A DNA stretch of 64,000 bases from the NCBI GenBank assembly GCA_963749075.1, contig CAVVLJ010000017.1:704001-768000 (forward strand). The letters run 5' to 3'. The translations under genes and the position numbers were made by a program. This DNA comes from an uncultured Pseudomonadota bacterium (lineage in GTDB: Bacteria; Pseudomonadota; Alphaproteobacteria; JACZXZ01). The notes beneath the pieces were generated by a model. It was not told the origin of the DNA. It saw nothing but the letters and a program-made list of their open reading frames with translations, and ran no database searches. Shown in pieces: positions 55,878 to 64,000 of this stretch (positions within the stretch are counted from its first letter, which is position 1; every line of letters starts with the position of its first letter).

Positions 55878-57194
55878 GTGGCGATCGTTCTCGAGGGTGC
55901 CGCCGTCATCGCCATGGACGAGGGGAACCGCGTGCTCCCCGCGGCCGACCTGCGCATCGAGGGCGAGCGCATCGCGGCCCTCGGCGAGGCGGGCACGCTC
56001 CGGCGCGAGGGCGACCAGGTGCTCGATTGCCGCGACCGGCTGGTGATCCCGGGATTCGTCGATACCCACACGCACGTGGCGGCCGGCCTCTTCCGCGGCC
56101 TCGTCGAGGACGTGGCGCGGGAGCATTGGCGCGACGGCTACGCCATCCCCGGAGAGGAGCGCTTCCGCCCCGAGGACTATCTCCTCGCCGCGTGCGCAGC
56201 CTGCTGCGAGCTTTTGCAGAACGGCGTCACCTGCATCGCCGACCGCTGGGCCGGCATGCTGGCGATCTCGGAGGAGATCGCGCGCACCGGCATCCGCGCC
56301 GTCGTCGGCCACACGCTCAGCGACGCCAAGGCCAAGGCAGAGTGGCCGGCCGCGGAGGCGCTCCTCGAGCGCTGGGGTACCGCGCCCGCGAGCCGCATCA
56401 GCGCCGGCATCGCCCCCCATGCACCCGACACCTGCTCGGACGCGCTGCTGCGCGCTTGCGCGGATGCGGCCGAGAAGCACGGCTGCCGCCTCTTCATCCA
56501 CGCGGCGCAGAGCGAGTGGGAGATCGAGCGCCTCCGCGCGCGAGGCTACCGCGGCCTCCTCGATTGCTTCACGCAGAACGGGCTCACGGGCCCCCACGTG
56601 GTGGCGGCGCACTGCATCTATCTCGAGGAGCGCGAGATCGCGGCGTGGCCCGGGAGCGGCATCTCGATCGCCCATTGCCCGGCGAGCAATCTCAAGATCG
56701 AGGCGCGCACCATGCCGCTTCACCGCTTCGTCGGGCGCGTCGCCGTCGGGCTCGGCACCGACTGGGCACCAAGCGACAACGGCATGGACATGCTGGCCGA
56801 GACGCGGCTCGCGGCCCTCGTCGGCAAGCTCCTCGCCGGCGACCCGACCGCCCTCCCCGTCGCCGCCATGCTGCGCATGGCGACCATCGAGGGCGCCCGC
56901 GTGCTCGGCCTCGACGCCGCCGTCGGCAGCATCGAGCCGGGCAAGCAGGCCGACCTCGCGGTCCTCGATCTCGCAACGCTCGAGGCCAACCCGCGCCACG
57001 ATCTCGCGGCCAACCTCCTCTATTCCATGAGCGCACGCTCGGTGCGCGACGTGATGGTGGCGGGCGAGTTCCTCGTGCGCGACGGCAGGCTCACCCGCTT
57101 CGATGCGGGCGAGCTGCAACGGGAGATGCGATCTCGTCCCTCTCCTCCTTTAGGAGGAGAGGGAGGGGCCCGTCGCGAAGCGACGGGAGGGTGA
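55878..57194 (+). CDS. Amidohydrolase, MTA/SAH deaminase-TrzN (COG0402) superfamily
   Basis: PGFVDTHTH, PHAPDTC, IHAAQS, AAHC, HCPASNLK, GTD, GSIEPGKQAD. Confidence 0.88.
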   Translation: MAIVLEGAAVIAMDEGNRVLPAADLRIEGERIAALGEAGTLRREGDQVLDCRDRLVIPGFVDTHTHVAAGLFRGLVEDVAREHWRDGYAIPGEERFRPEDYLLAACAACCELLQNGVTCIADRWAGMLAISEEIARTGIRAVVGHTLSDAKAKAEWPAAEALLERWGTAPASRISAGIAPHAPDTCSDALLRACADAAEKHGCRLFIHAAQSEWEIERLRARGYRGLLDCFTQNGLTGPHVVAAHCIYLEEREIAAWPGSGISIAHCPASNLKIEARTMPLHRFVGRVAVGLGTDWAPSDNGMDMLAETRLAALVGKLLAGDPTALPVAAMLRMATIEGARVLGLDAAVGSIEPGKQADLAVLDLATLEANPRHDLAANLLYSMSARSVRDVMVAGEFLVRDGRLTRFDAGELQREMRSRPSPPLGGEGGARREATGG

Positions 57195-57280
57195 GGAGGG
57201 CGAGCGCATCAGCCTTTCGACGCGATTGGACAAATCACCTCCTCACCCTCCTCCTAAAGGAGGAGAGGGTAGGGTGAGGG
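57138..57280. repeat. Composite palindromic repeat (family A, full element) overlapping the amidohydrolase 3' end
   Basis: CCCTCTCCTCCT-TT-AGGAGGAGAGGG, inner hairpin CCCGTCGC-GAA-GCGACGGG, second arm CCTCACCCTCCTCCTAAAGGAGGAGAGGGTAGGGTGAGG. Confidence 0.85.
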
Positions 57281-57371
57281 AGCGCGGCGCCGCAATGGCC
57301 TTTCTGGACTTGTCGGCGGGCGATCCTATATCTTGCTCGGCTCAACCTCTCGGAGCGAAGGTCCAGCACCC

Positions 57372-57842
57372 ATGGACAGCGACGCACTGCCCCGCCTGCT
57401 TGGCTTCCGCGACGGCTTCCGCTGGGACGGCATCGACCTCCTCCCCTACAAGGAGGAGGGCAGCGCCCCCTTCAAGTCGATCTCGCGCCAGACCCTCTTC
57501 TCGGACGCGCACTTGCGCTGCGAGCTGCGCTATTTCGAGATGGCGGCGGGCGGCTATTCGACCCTCGAGCGCCACGAGCACATGCACGCGGTGATGATCC
57601 TCCGCGGCCGCGGCCACTGCTTGCTCGGCCAGGAAGTGTGCTCTGTCAAGCAATACGACCTCGTGGCCATCCCGCCCTGGACCTGGCACCAGTTCCGCGC
57701 CACGGAAGGCGAGCCGCTCGGCTTTCTCTGCATGGTCAATGCCGAGCGCGACAAGCCGCAGCTCCCCTCCGAGGCCGAGCTCGAGGCGCTGCGCAGTGTT
57801 CCCGCCATCGCCGCTTTCCTCGACGGCGCCCTCGGCGTCTGA
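57372..57842 (+). CDS. Cupin, candidate methylthio-xylulose-5-phosphate methylsulfurylase
   Basis: RW.G....YK, RQTLF, ELRYFE..GGYSTLERHEH.H, WHQF, LGFLC.V..ERDKP; clustered with the RLP. Confidence 0.8.
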   Translation: MDSDALPRLLGFRDGFRWDGIDLLPYKEEGSAPFKSISRQTLFSDAHLRCELRYFEMAAGGYSTLERHEHMHAVMILRGRGHCLLGQEVCSVKQYDLVAIPPWTWHQFRATEGEPLGFLCMVNAERDKPQLPSEAELEALRSVPAIAAFLDGALGV

Positions 57843-57861
57843 ACCGGTCGCCGCGCGTGCG

Positions 57862-57876
57862 ATCGCTTTTTCCGAT
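57862..57876. promoter_or_regulatory. Candidate OxyR/LysR box upstream of ahpCD
   Basis: ATC-N9-GAT palindrome (contains T-N11-A) in an AT-rich spacer. Confidence 0.5.
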
Positions 57877-57969
57877 TAATTGCGACGGAATTACTCGTTG
57901 GCTCGATCGATGGCTCGACGCCATCTTCCTCCTTGCGACACCCTTTCACGCGAAGCGAGGAGAGCAGAC

Positions 57970-58509
57970 ATGTTGACCATCGGCGACAAGTTCCCGGCCT
58001 TCAAGCTCAAGGCCGTCGTCTCGAGCGACCCCAGGACCGCCTTCACCGAGCTCTCCGAGGCCTCCGACCGCGGCAAGTGGAAGGTCGTGTTCTTCTGGCC
58101 CAAGGACTTCACCTTCGTCTGCCCGACCGAGATCGCGGCCTTCGGCCGCTTGAACGGCGAGTTCAACGATCGTGATGCGGTGGTCTACGGCGTCAGCATC
58201 GACTCTGAGTTCGTGCATCTCGCCTGGCGCCAGAACCATGCCGACCTCAAGGCGCTGCCCTTTCCCATGCTGGCCGACCTCAAGCGCGAGCTCTCCCAGG
58301 CGCTCGGCATCCTCGACAAGGCGGAAGGCGTGGCGTTGCGCGCCACCTTCATCGTCGACCCCGAGGGCGTCATCCGCTTCGTCTCGGTCAACGACCTGAG
58401 CGTGGGGCGCAACCCGCAGGAGGTCCTGCGCGTGCTCGACGCGCTGCAGACCGACGAGCTCTGCCCGTGCAACTGGCAGAAGGGCGACGAGGTGCTCAAG
58501 GCCGCCTGA
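57970..58509 (+). CDS. ahpC: Peroxiredoxin AhpC
   Basis: FWPKDFTFVCPTE, GRN, DELCPCNW. Confidence 0.96.
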   Translation: MLTIGDKFPAFKLKAVVSSDPRTAFTELSEASDRGKWKVVFFWPKDFTFVCPTEIAAFGRLNGEFNDRDAVVYGVSIDSEFVHLAWRQNHADLKALPFPMLADLKRELSQALGILDKAEGVALRATFIVDPEGVIRFVSVNDLSVGRNPQEVLRVLDALQTDELCPCNWQKGDEVLKAA

Positions 58510-58576
58510 GCGGCGGTAGAGAGGGGCGGCCGCTCGGCCGCCCCGTCCCAACCGCGCCCCAAAAGGAGATCCCGCC

Positions 58577-59125
58577 ATGTCGATCGAAGCCATCAAGAGC
58601 CGCCTGCCCGAGTATGCCCGCGACCTCAAGCTCAACCTCTCGAGCCTGCTCTCCGAGCCCGTGCTCAGCGAGCAGCAGCGCTTCGGCACCTTCATTGCCT
58701 CGGCCCTCGCCGCGCGCAACCCCGAGCTCGCGGCCGCCCTCGAGGCCGAGCTCGGCCCGCGTCTCGCACCCGAGGCGTTCCAGGCGGCCAAGGCCGCGGC
58801 CGCCATCATGGCGATGAACAACATCTACTATCGCTTCATCCATCTCGCCGCGGCGGACGACTACCGCGCCATGCCCGCCAGGCTGCGCATGAACGCACTC
58901 GCCAGGCCGGGCGTGGAGAAAGCGGATTTCGAGCTGTGGTCGCTCGCGGTCTCGGCGATCAACGGCTGCGGCATGTGCATCGACGCGCACGAGCGCGAGT
59001 TGAGGAAAGCCGGCGTGCCGGCGGAGGCGATCCAGGCGGCGGTGCGCATCGCGGCCGTGGTGCATGCCGTGGCGGCGACGCTCGACGGCGAGCCGGCAGA
59101 CGCGGCGTCCCGCGCGGCCGCGTGA
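58577..59125 (+). CDS. ahpD: Alkyl hydroperoxide reductase AhpD
   Basis: [34 protein letters not shown]. Confidence 0.96.
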   Translation: MSIEAIKSRLPEYARDLKLNLSSLLSEPVLSEQQRFGTFIASALAARNPELAAALEAELGPRLAPEAFQAAKAAAAIMAMNNIYYRFIHLAAADDYRAMPARLRMNALARPGVEKADFELWSLAVSAINGCGMCIDAHERELRKAGVPAEAIQAAVRIAAVVHAVAATLDGEPADAASRAAA

Positions 59126-59134
59126 GGGCGGGCC

Positions 59135-59941
59135 CTACTCGGCGGCCGGACGGCGCCTCCGCGCGTGCTCGAGGAGGCAGTCGTCCGGCAGCGTCTCGAT
59201 CGGCGTGAAGTCGCGGTTGGCGATCCAGGCCGGCCGCTTGAAGCGGCGGATCGCGTTGTCGCAGCGGTTGAGCGAGAGATAGAGGATCCAGCGCGGCCAC
59301 GGCGAGAGATTCGAGCCCGAGGCGTGCACCAGGTTGCCGTGGAAGAGGAGGAGCGAGCCCGGCGGTCCCTTGGGCGCCACGATGCCGCCCTCCTCGACGA
59401 GCCGCGCGATCGTCGCATTGTCCGTCGTCCAGAGGGGATAGCTCGTGGTGGTCACGTCGTGCGCCGCCGCGAGCCGGCCCTTGCGGTGGCTCTTCGGGAT
59501 GAACATGAGCGGCCCGTTGAACTCGTTCGCCTCGGCGAGGAAGAGGGCGATGTTCATGGCCTGCGGCGCCGGCATGTCGTCGTCGTTGTGCCAGGTCGCG
59601 TAATCCTGGTGCCACTGCCAGACCGCGCCGTCGAAGGCCGCCTTGGCGTTGATCTTGAACTGGTGCATGTAGAGCCGGTCCGAGCCGAGGAGCTGGGCGA
59701 CCGGCTGGACTAAGCGCGGATGGCGCGCCACGAGCGCAAAGACCGGGTTCCAGGTCTGTACATGGAAGGCCGTGCGCGGCGCCTCCGAGCCCTTCTCGCG
59801 CACCACCTCCTCGCGCCTCTCCGCGAAGATGGCCGGGAGCTCGGCGTTGAGCAGCGCCATCTCCACGGCCGAGAAGACTTGGGGGAGGAAGAGATAGCCC
59901 TCCTCCGCGAACTCCGCGAGCTGGGCCTCGTCGAGCTTCAT
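59135..59941 (-). CDS. PhyH-family Fe(II)/2OG dioxygenase (ectoine/proline hydroxylase-like)
   Basis: HQFKINAK, WHQDYATW, NGPL..IPKSH, LVHASGSN...R. Confidence 0.88.
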   Translation of the reverse strand: MKLDEAQLAEFAEEGYLFLPQVFSAVEMALLNAELPAIFAERREEVVREKGSEAPRTAFHVQTWNPVFALVARHPRLVQPVAQLLGSDRLYMHQFKINAKAAFDGAVWQWHQDYATWHNDDDMPAPQAMNIALFLAEANEFNGPLMFIPKSHRKGRLAAAHDVTTTSYPLWTTDNATIARLVEEGGIVAPKGPPGSLLLFHGNLVHASGSNLSPWPRWILYLSLNRCDNAIRRFKRPAWIANRDFTPIETLPDDCLLEHARRRRPAAE

Positions 59942-60085
59942 CGCGCGTTCCTCCGCATGACGGCGCTGGGAGCCGCCAAGCCTGCGATTTTAGCGCGAAG
60001 GGGCCGCCGAGGCGAGAGCACGGCTTTACGCCCGCAGCCGCCCTGTGGCAGGCTCGCACCCTTGGTGCTGCGGGAGGGAGCGGGC

Positions 60086-60376
60086 ATGACGCAAGCGGAA
60101 AGCATCCTCAGGACCGAGACGGACGACGTGCGCGTGACCGAGTGGCGCTTCGCACCCGGCGCCGAGACGGGCCGCCACCGGCACGGCTACGACTATGTGG
60201 TGGTGCCGCTCACAGCCGGGGCACTCCGCGTCGTGGCGGCGCGCGGCGAGACGCTTGCTACGCTTTCGCCCGGCGCCGCCTATTTCCGCAAGGCCGGCGT
60301 CGAGCACAACGTCATCAACGCGGGCGACGCCTTCCTCGCCTTCGTCGAGGTCGAGCTCAAGCGCCAGCCGGGGTGA
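60086..60376 (+). CDS. Small cupin (BauB-like)
   Basis: VRVTEWRFAPGAETGRHRHGYDYVVVP, GVEHNV, FVEVE. Confidence 0.85.
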   Translation: MTQAESILRTETDDVRVTEWRFAPGAETGRHRHGYDYVVVPLTAGALRVVAARGETLATLSPGAAYFRKAGVEHNVINAGDAFLAFVEVELKRQPG

Positions 60377-60380
60377 TATA

Positions 60381-60470
60381 CCCCCCCCTACCCTCCCCCT
60401 CAAGGGGGGAGGGGAAAGTTGTGGGCACGCCATGATCTGCCCCCTTGAGGGGGAGGGTTGGGGTGGGGGG
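60381..60470. repeat. Paired palindromic intergenic repeat (family B)
   Basis: CCCTCCCCCTCAAGGGGGGAGGG ... CCCCTTGAGGGGGAGGGTTGGGGTGGGGG between convergent genes. Confidence 0.75.
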
Positions 60471-60484
60471 TGCCGGCACGGGAC

Positions 60485-61117
60485 CTAGGCAGCACCCGAC
60501 CGCTTCCTCGCCACGAGGTCGATGAGCGCCGACATGCCGTTGTGCCCGCTGCCCTCGCGGATCGACTCGTCGTAGGCTCGGAGCTTGAGGATCTCCATGT
60601 CGGCAAAGCTCGCGCGCAGCAACACCTCGCTATAGAGGTTCTCCACGCTGGAGGGGCCGCCGGTGCGGTATTCGAGCTGCTTCGGGCGATAGCCGTGGAG
60701 GAGGAGGAGGCCGCCCGGCTTGAGGCACTTCTTGATGCCGGCGAAGATGGTCTCGCGCAGGGCAGGTCCCGCGAACTGGATGAAGACCGCGAGCACGGCG
60801 TCGAAGCGCTGCTCCGGCCACGCCCAGCGCGCGAGGTCGGCCTCCTCGATCTCGAGCGTCGCCTTGCGCTCGGCCGCTAGAAGACGCGTCTTGGCGAGCG
60901 CATTCGGCGAGAAGTCGATGGCGTGGACCGCGAGGCCGCGCTCGGCGAGCCACACGCCGTTCCGCCCTTCGCCGTCGGCGACCGCGAGCAGCTTCTGCCC
61001 GGGTTGGAGGAGATGGGCGTGGGCAGCGACGAAGCGGTTGGGCTCCTTGCCGAAGAGATAGCCCTCGGCCGCGAAGCGCTGGTCCCAGTGCTCGCGTGCC
61101 GAGGCGGCTCCGCTCAC
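60485..61117 (-). CDS. Class I SAM-dependent methyltransferase (TehB-like)
   Basis: WDQRF...YLFGKEPN, LAVADGEGRNGVWLA, LKPGG; GTGA overlap with the upstream gene. Confidence 0.88.
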   Translation of the reverse strand: MSGAASAREHWDQRFAAEGYLFGKEPNRFVAAHAHLLQPGQKLLAVADGEGRNGVWLAERGLAVHAIDFSPNALAKTRLLAAERKATLEIEEADLARWAWPEQRFDAVLAVFIQFAGPALRETIFAGIKKCLKPGGLLLLHGYRPKQLEYRTGGPSSVENLYSEVLLRASFADMEILKLRAYDESIREGSGHNGMSALIDLVARKRSGAA

Positions 61118-62184
61118 GAGGCAGCACTCTCCACGCGCTGCCCGATGCCGCCGCGCAGGGCGCCTGCAGCGACCGTGCCCCACAGCACCTCCTGGCCTGC
61201 CGGCAGCGGCCTGCTGTTCGGCATCGCGAGCCACAGGCGGTAGAGGAGGCGCGCACGCCCGCTCGCCGCATCGTCCTCGAAGGGCGTGCGGCCGTGGTAG
61301 ATGACGTGATTGTTGAGGAGCTGCATGTCGCCGGGCTCGAGCGTCATCTCGAAGGCGAGCTCGTCAGCTAGCGCCATCAGCATCTCGAGCGCCTCGCGCT
61401 CGGCCGCGGTGAGCGGCCTCACCCCCGGCACCATCTGCGCGATCTCGATGTAGGTGAGCGAGTAGTGGCTGGTGAACTTCCCGCCGACCGCACCGAAGAT
61501 GGGCAGCGCATAGAGCTCCTCCGGCCCGCTCGCCTCCTCGCCGAAGCGGCTCCGCACATAGTCGCGGTAGAGGAGCTCGACGAGGTCCGGCCGGCGCTCG
61601 AGCATGGCATTGTGCACGGCGGCCGAGCTCGCGAGCCGGCTCACCCCGCCCGCGCGAGCCTGCTGGACGCAGAGGAGGCCCACCACGTCCGTGCGGTCGG
61701 TGTGGAAGCGCAAGCGCCCGTTCGAGAGCGTGCGCGCATAGGAGGAGAGCACGGCCTGCCCGCCGCTCTTCTCGTCGCGGATCTCGCCGTAGCGCTGGCC
61801 GACGCCGGCCCCCTCGTCGTGGATCTCGCGCATGAGCTCGCCGCGGCGGTTCTGGAAGACCGGGCGGCCGAGGTTGCTGCCGATGCCGAACCAGATCTGG
61901 CGGAGCTCGTCGGCCGTATAGCGCTCGACCGGCAGGCGGCGCAGCTTGGCCATGCCCGAGCCATCCTCGAGCTCGCGCGCGACCGCGGCCAGCGTGGCGG
62001 CAAGGGCCGGGAGCGGAAAAGCCTCGCGCGCCGTCTCGTGCCAGGGAATGCCCTTGGCCCGGCAGGCGTGCAGCGCCGCATCGATCTCGGCGAGCTCGCC
62101 ATCGCTCAACTCGAAGATCCAGCGCCGCGATTGCGCCATCTCCTCGCCGCGCCAGGCGCAAGCTCCGGCAATAGCCGCGTGCAT
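61114..62184 (-). CDS. TauD/TfdA family Fe(II)/2OG dioxygenase
   Basis: FHTDRTDVVGLLC, LEPGDMQLLNNH..YHGRT, RLLYRLWL. Confidence 0.9.
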   Translation of the reverse strand: MHAAIAGACAWRGEEMAQSRRWIFELSDGELAEIDAALHACRAKGIPWHETAREAFPLPALAATLAAVARELEDGSGMAKLRRLPVERYTADELRQIWFGIGSNLGRPVFQNRRGELMREIHDEGAGVGQRYGEIRDEKSGGQAVLSSYARTLSNGRLRFHTDRTDVVGLLCVQQARAGGVSRLASSAAVHNAMLERRPDLVELLYRDYVRSRFGEEASGPEELYALPIFGAVGGKFTSHYSLTYIEIAQMVPGVRPLTAAEREALEMLMALADELAFEMTLEPGDMQLLNNHVIYHGRTPFEDDAASGRARLLYRLWLAMPNSRPLPAGQEVLWGTVAAGALRGGIGQRVESAAS

Positions 62185-62208
62185 CAGGGCCTCCTCCCTC
62201 AAGCGGGC

Positions 62209-62646
62209 CTAGCCGCCCACGACCTCGAACTGCACGTCGACGTTGCCGCGCGTCGCGTGGGAGTAGGGGCAGATCTTCTCGTGGGCGTCCTTGACGAAAG
62301 CCGCGAGCTCGGCCTGGGGCAGGCTCCTGTCCTCGACGCGCATCTTGACCGAGATGCCGAAGCCGCCGCCCTCGCGCGGCCCGATCGACACGGCGCTCGT
62401 GACCCTGGCCTTGGTGGCGTCCTTCTTCTGCTGCTTGGCCACGTAGTCGAGAGCACCCCCGAAGCAGGCCGCATAGCCCGCGGCGAAAAGATGCTCCGGC
62501 GTCGCCGTGCCGGGCTTGCCCGGGCCGCCCATCGCCTTGGGCACCGAGAGGTCCGCCGAGACCGTGCCGTCGCTCGCCTCGGTGTGTCCGTTGCGTCCGC
62601 CCGTGGCGGTCGCCGTCGCGGTGAAGAGCGGCTTGATCTTGTCCAT
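62209..62646 (-). CDS. ohr: Organic hydroperoxide resistance protein
   Basis: ATGGRNG, PEHLFAAGYAACF, AHEKICPYSHATRGN. Confidence 0.95.
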   Translation of the reverse strand: MDKIKPLFTATATATGGRNGHTEASDGTVSADLSVPKAMGGPGKPGTATPEHLFAAGYAACFGGALDYVAKQQKKDATKARVTSAVSIGPREGGGFGISVKMRVEDRSLPQAELAAFVKDAHEKICPYSHATRGNVDVQFEVVGG

Positions 62647-62691
62647 GTCGCCTCCGCTTGCGCTTGGATCCGGGTGATTGGAGCTTAATCT

Positions 62692-62709
62692 ATCGCGCGC
62701 CAGCGCGAT
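62692..62709. promoter_or_regulatory. Inverted repeat upstream of ohr (possible OhrR-type operator)
   Basis: ATCGCGC-GCCA-GCGCGAT. Confidence 0.35.
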
Positions 62710-62723
62710 GGCAACCCCCTACG

Positions 62724-62765
62724 CCTTCCCCTTCCCCTTCCCCTTCCCCTTCCCCTTCCCCTACC
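62724..62765. repeat. Hexanucleotide microsatellite (CCTTCC)x6 plus one degenerate unit
   Basis: Read directly; the minus strand is (GGGGAA)n. Confidence 0.95.
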
Positions 62766-63741
62766 CCCTCCCTTGGGCCACCATGGCCCGCACCGTCTCC
62801 GCGATGCGCGTGGGCGATATCTTGCATGCCTCCTCGAGCGGCGGCGCGTAGGGGATGGGGATGCGCGGGGCGCCGAGGCGCCGCACGGGTCCCTTGAGCA
62901 CGGCGAACAGTTCCTCCGCAGCGCTGGCCGCGATCTCGGCGCCGAAGCCGCCGGTCTCGACCGCCTCGTGGACGACGAGGAGGCGGCCGGTGCGGCGCAG
63001 CGAGGCGAACACCATCTCCTTGTCCCACGGGTAGATGGTGCGGAGGTCGATGACCTCGACCGAGGGGGCGCCTTGCAGGAGACCGAGCGCCGCCTCGACC
63101 GCGCGCAGCATCCCCGACCAGGCGACGAGCGTCACGTCGCTCCCGGAGCGCACCAGGCGCGCCTTGCCGAGGGGGATGGGGGGTGCCGCCTCGTCGACCT
63201 CGCCGGGCACCGCCCACATGTCCTTGTGCTCCATGTAGACGACCGGATCGTCGCAGCGGATGGCGCTCTTGAGCAGGCCGTAGTTGCAGGCGGGCGTCGC
63301 CGGGCAGACGACGACGAGGCCGGGGATGTGCGCGTACCAGCCCTCGAGCGATTGCGAATGCTGGGCGGCGGACGAGCGCCACATGCCGACCGGCTGGCGC
63401 ACCACCAGCGGCACGCGGCCCTGGCCACCGAACATGTAGCGCGCCTTGGCCGCCTGGTTGACGAGCTCGTCGACGGCGCAGAGGGCGAAATCGGCGAAGC
63501 GCATCTCGACGACCGGCCGCGTGCCCATGAGCGCCGCACCCACGGCAGCCCCCATGATGGTCGCCTCCGAGATCGGCGTATCGACGATGCGCTCCGCCCC
63601 GAACTCCTCCACGAGGCCCTTGTATTGCCCGAAGACGCCGCCGCGCCCGAGGTCCTCGCCGAGCGCCCAGACGGCCTTGTCGCGGCGCATCTCGGCCGCG
63701 AGTGCCGCCTTGCCGGCCTCGAGATAGCTCATGAGCGCCAT
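62761..63741 (-). CDS. 2-oxoacid/acetoin dehydrogenase E1 beta subunit
   Basis: LGEDL, DTPISE, AQHSQSLE, EVIDLRT, VHEA, EIAA. Confidence 0.93.
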   Translation of the reverse strand: MALMSYLEAGKAALAAEMRRDKAVWALGEDLGRGGVFGQYKGLVEEFGAERIVDTPISEATIMGAAVGAALMGTRPVVEMRFADFALCAVDELVNQAAKARYMFGGQGRVPLVVRQPVGMWRSSAAQHSQSLEGWYAHIPGLVVVCPATPACNYGLLKSAIRCDDPVVYMEHKDMWAVPGEVDEAAPPIPLGKARLVRSGSDVTLVAWSGMLRAVEAALGLLQGAPSVEVIDLRTIYPWDKEMVFASLRRTGRLLVVHEAVETGGFGAEIAASAAEELFAVLKGPVRRLGAPRIPIPYAPPLEEACKISPTRIAETVRAMVAQGRG

Positions 63742-64000
63742 GCTTCGGCTCCCACGTCCTGCACGTCCGTCCAGGCGAGCGCCGGCGCCGGCCAGGGTGC
63801 CGCGCGCGCCGCGGCCACGGCGTCCGCGATCTCGCTCCGGGCCTCGGCCAAGATGGCGGCAAGCTGCCCCTCCGCGGCGCCGCCCAGGCGCAAGAGCTCG
63901 GCGCAGCGCAGAAGCGGATCGTCCGCCTGCCTCTCCTCGAGCTCGGCCGCCGGGCGGTAGAGTGCAGGGTCGCTCGCCGTATGGCCCTTCAGGCGATAGG
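63729..64000 (-). CDS. 2-oxoacid/acetoin dehydrogenase E1 alpha subunit, C-terminal part
   Basis: Hand translation YRLKGHTASDPALYR...DPL...AAPWPAP..AWTDV; YRxxGH loop; overlaps the E1 beta start. Confidence 0.88.
   Translation of the reverse strand, partial: YRLKGHTASDPALYRPAAELEERQADDPLLRCAELLRLGGAAEGQLAAILAEARSEIADAVAAARAAPWPAPALAWTDVQDVGAEAWRS

Noticed and set aside
57138-57280. CRISPR array or tRNA from the palindromic repeats
   Set aside because: No regular repeat-spacer periodicity, no cas genes and no cloverleaf; these are REP-like palindromes.
59135-59941. Ectoine hydroxylase ectD
   Set aside because: The signature reads WHQDYATW rather than WHSDFETW and no ect genes are nearby; left at family level.
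1223-63960. Many long Arg/Ala/Gly/Pro-rich ORFs overlapping real genes (e.g. 1552-3405, 9742-11385, 16430-18715, 35050-36879, 62773-63960)
   Set aside because: Shadow ORFs typical of high-GC codon bias; they have no motifs and mirror recognised genes in other frames.

Overview
High-GC alphaproteobacterial chromosome segment (Rhodospirillales-like gene order, inferred). Bases 1-29.7 kb are mostly core genes: purMN, ndk, ABC-F, holC-pepA, lptG-lptD-surA-pdxA-rsmA, gmk-yicC and mltG-fabF-acpP-fabG-fabD. Three insertions interrupt this block: an orphan two-gene cassette whose first protein resembles eukaryotic FAM78, a lipid A remodelling cassette (PagL-like, two PAP2 phosphatases, GT39) at the site where lptF is missing, and an AT-rich higBA module. 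Bases 29.9-64 kb are accessory metabolism: a diiron ferritin-like enzyme, a signal-less NMT1/THI5-fold protein, flavin monooxygenases, a GcvT-family dehydrogenase with a choline-kinase-like partner, a lone Mo-hydroxylase large subunit, and oxidative-stress genes (ahpCD, ohr, osmC). The best candidate system is a RuBisCO-like protein / amidohydrolase / cupin cluster that looks like a variant of the MTA-isoprenoid shunt. I saw no rRNA, tRNA, CRISPR array or IS element. Three +1 frameshifts look like sequencing errors. All family calls come from motif recognition, not database searches.
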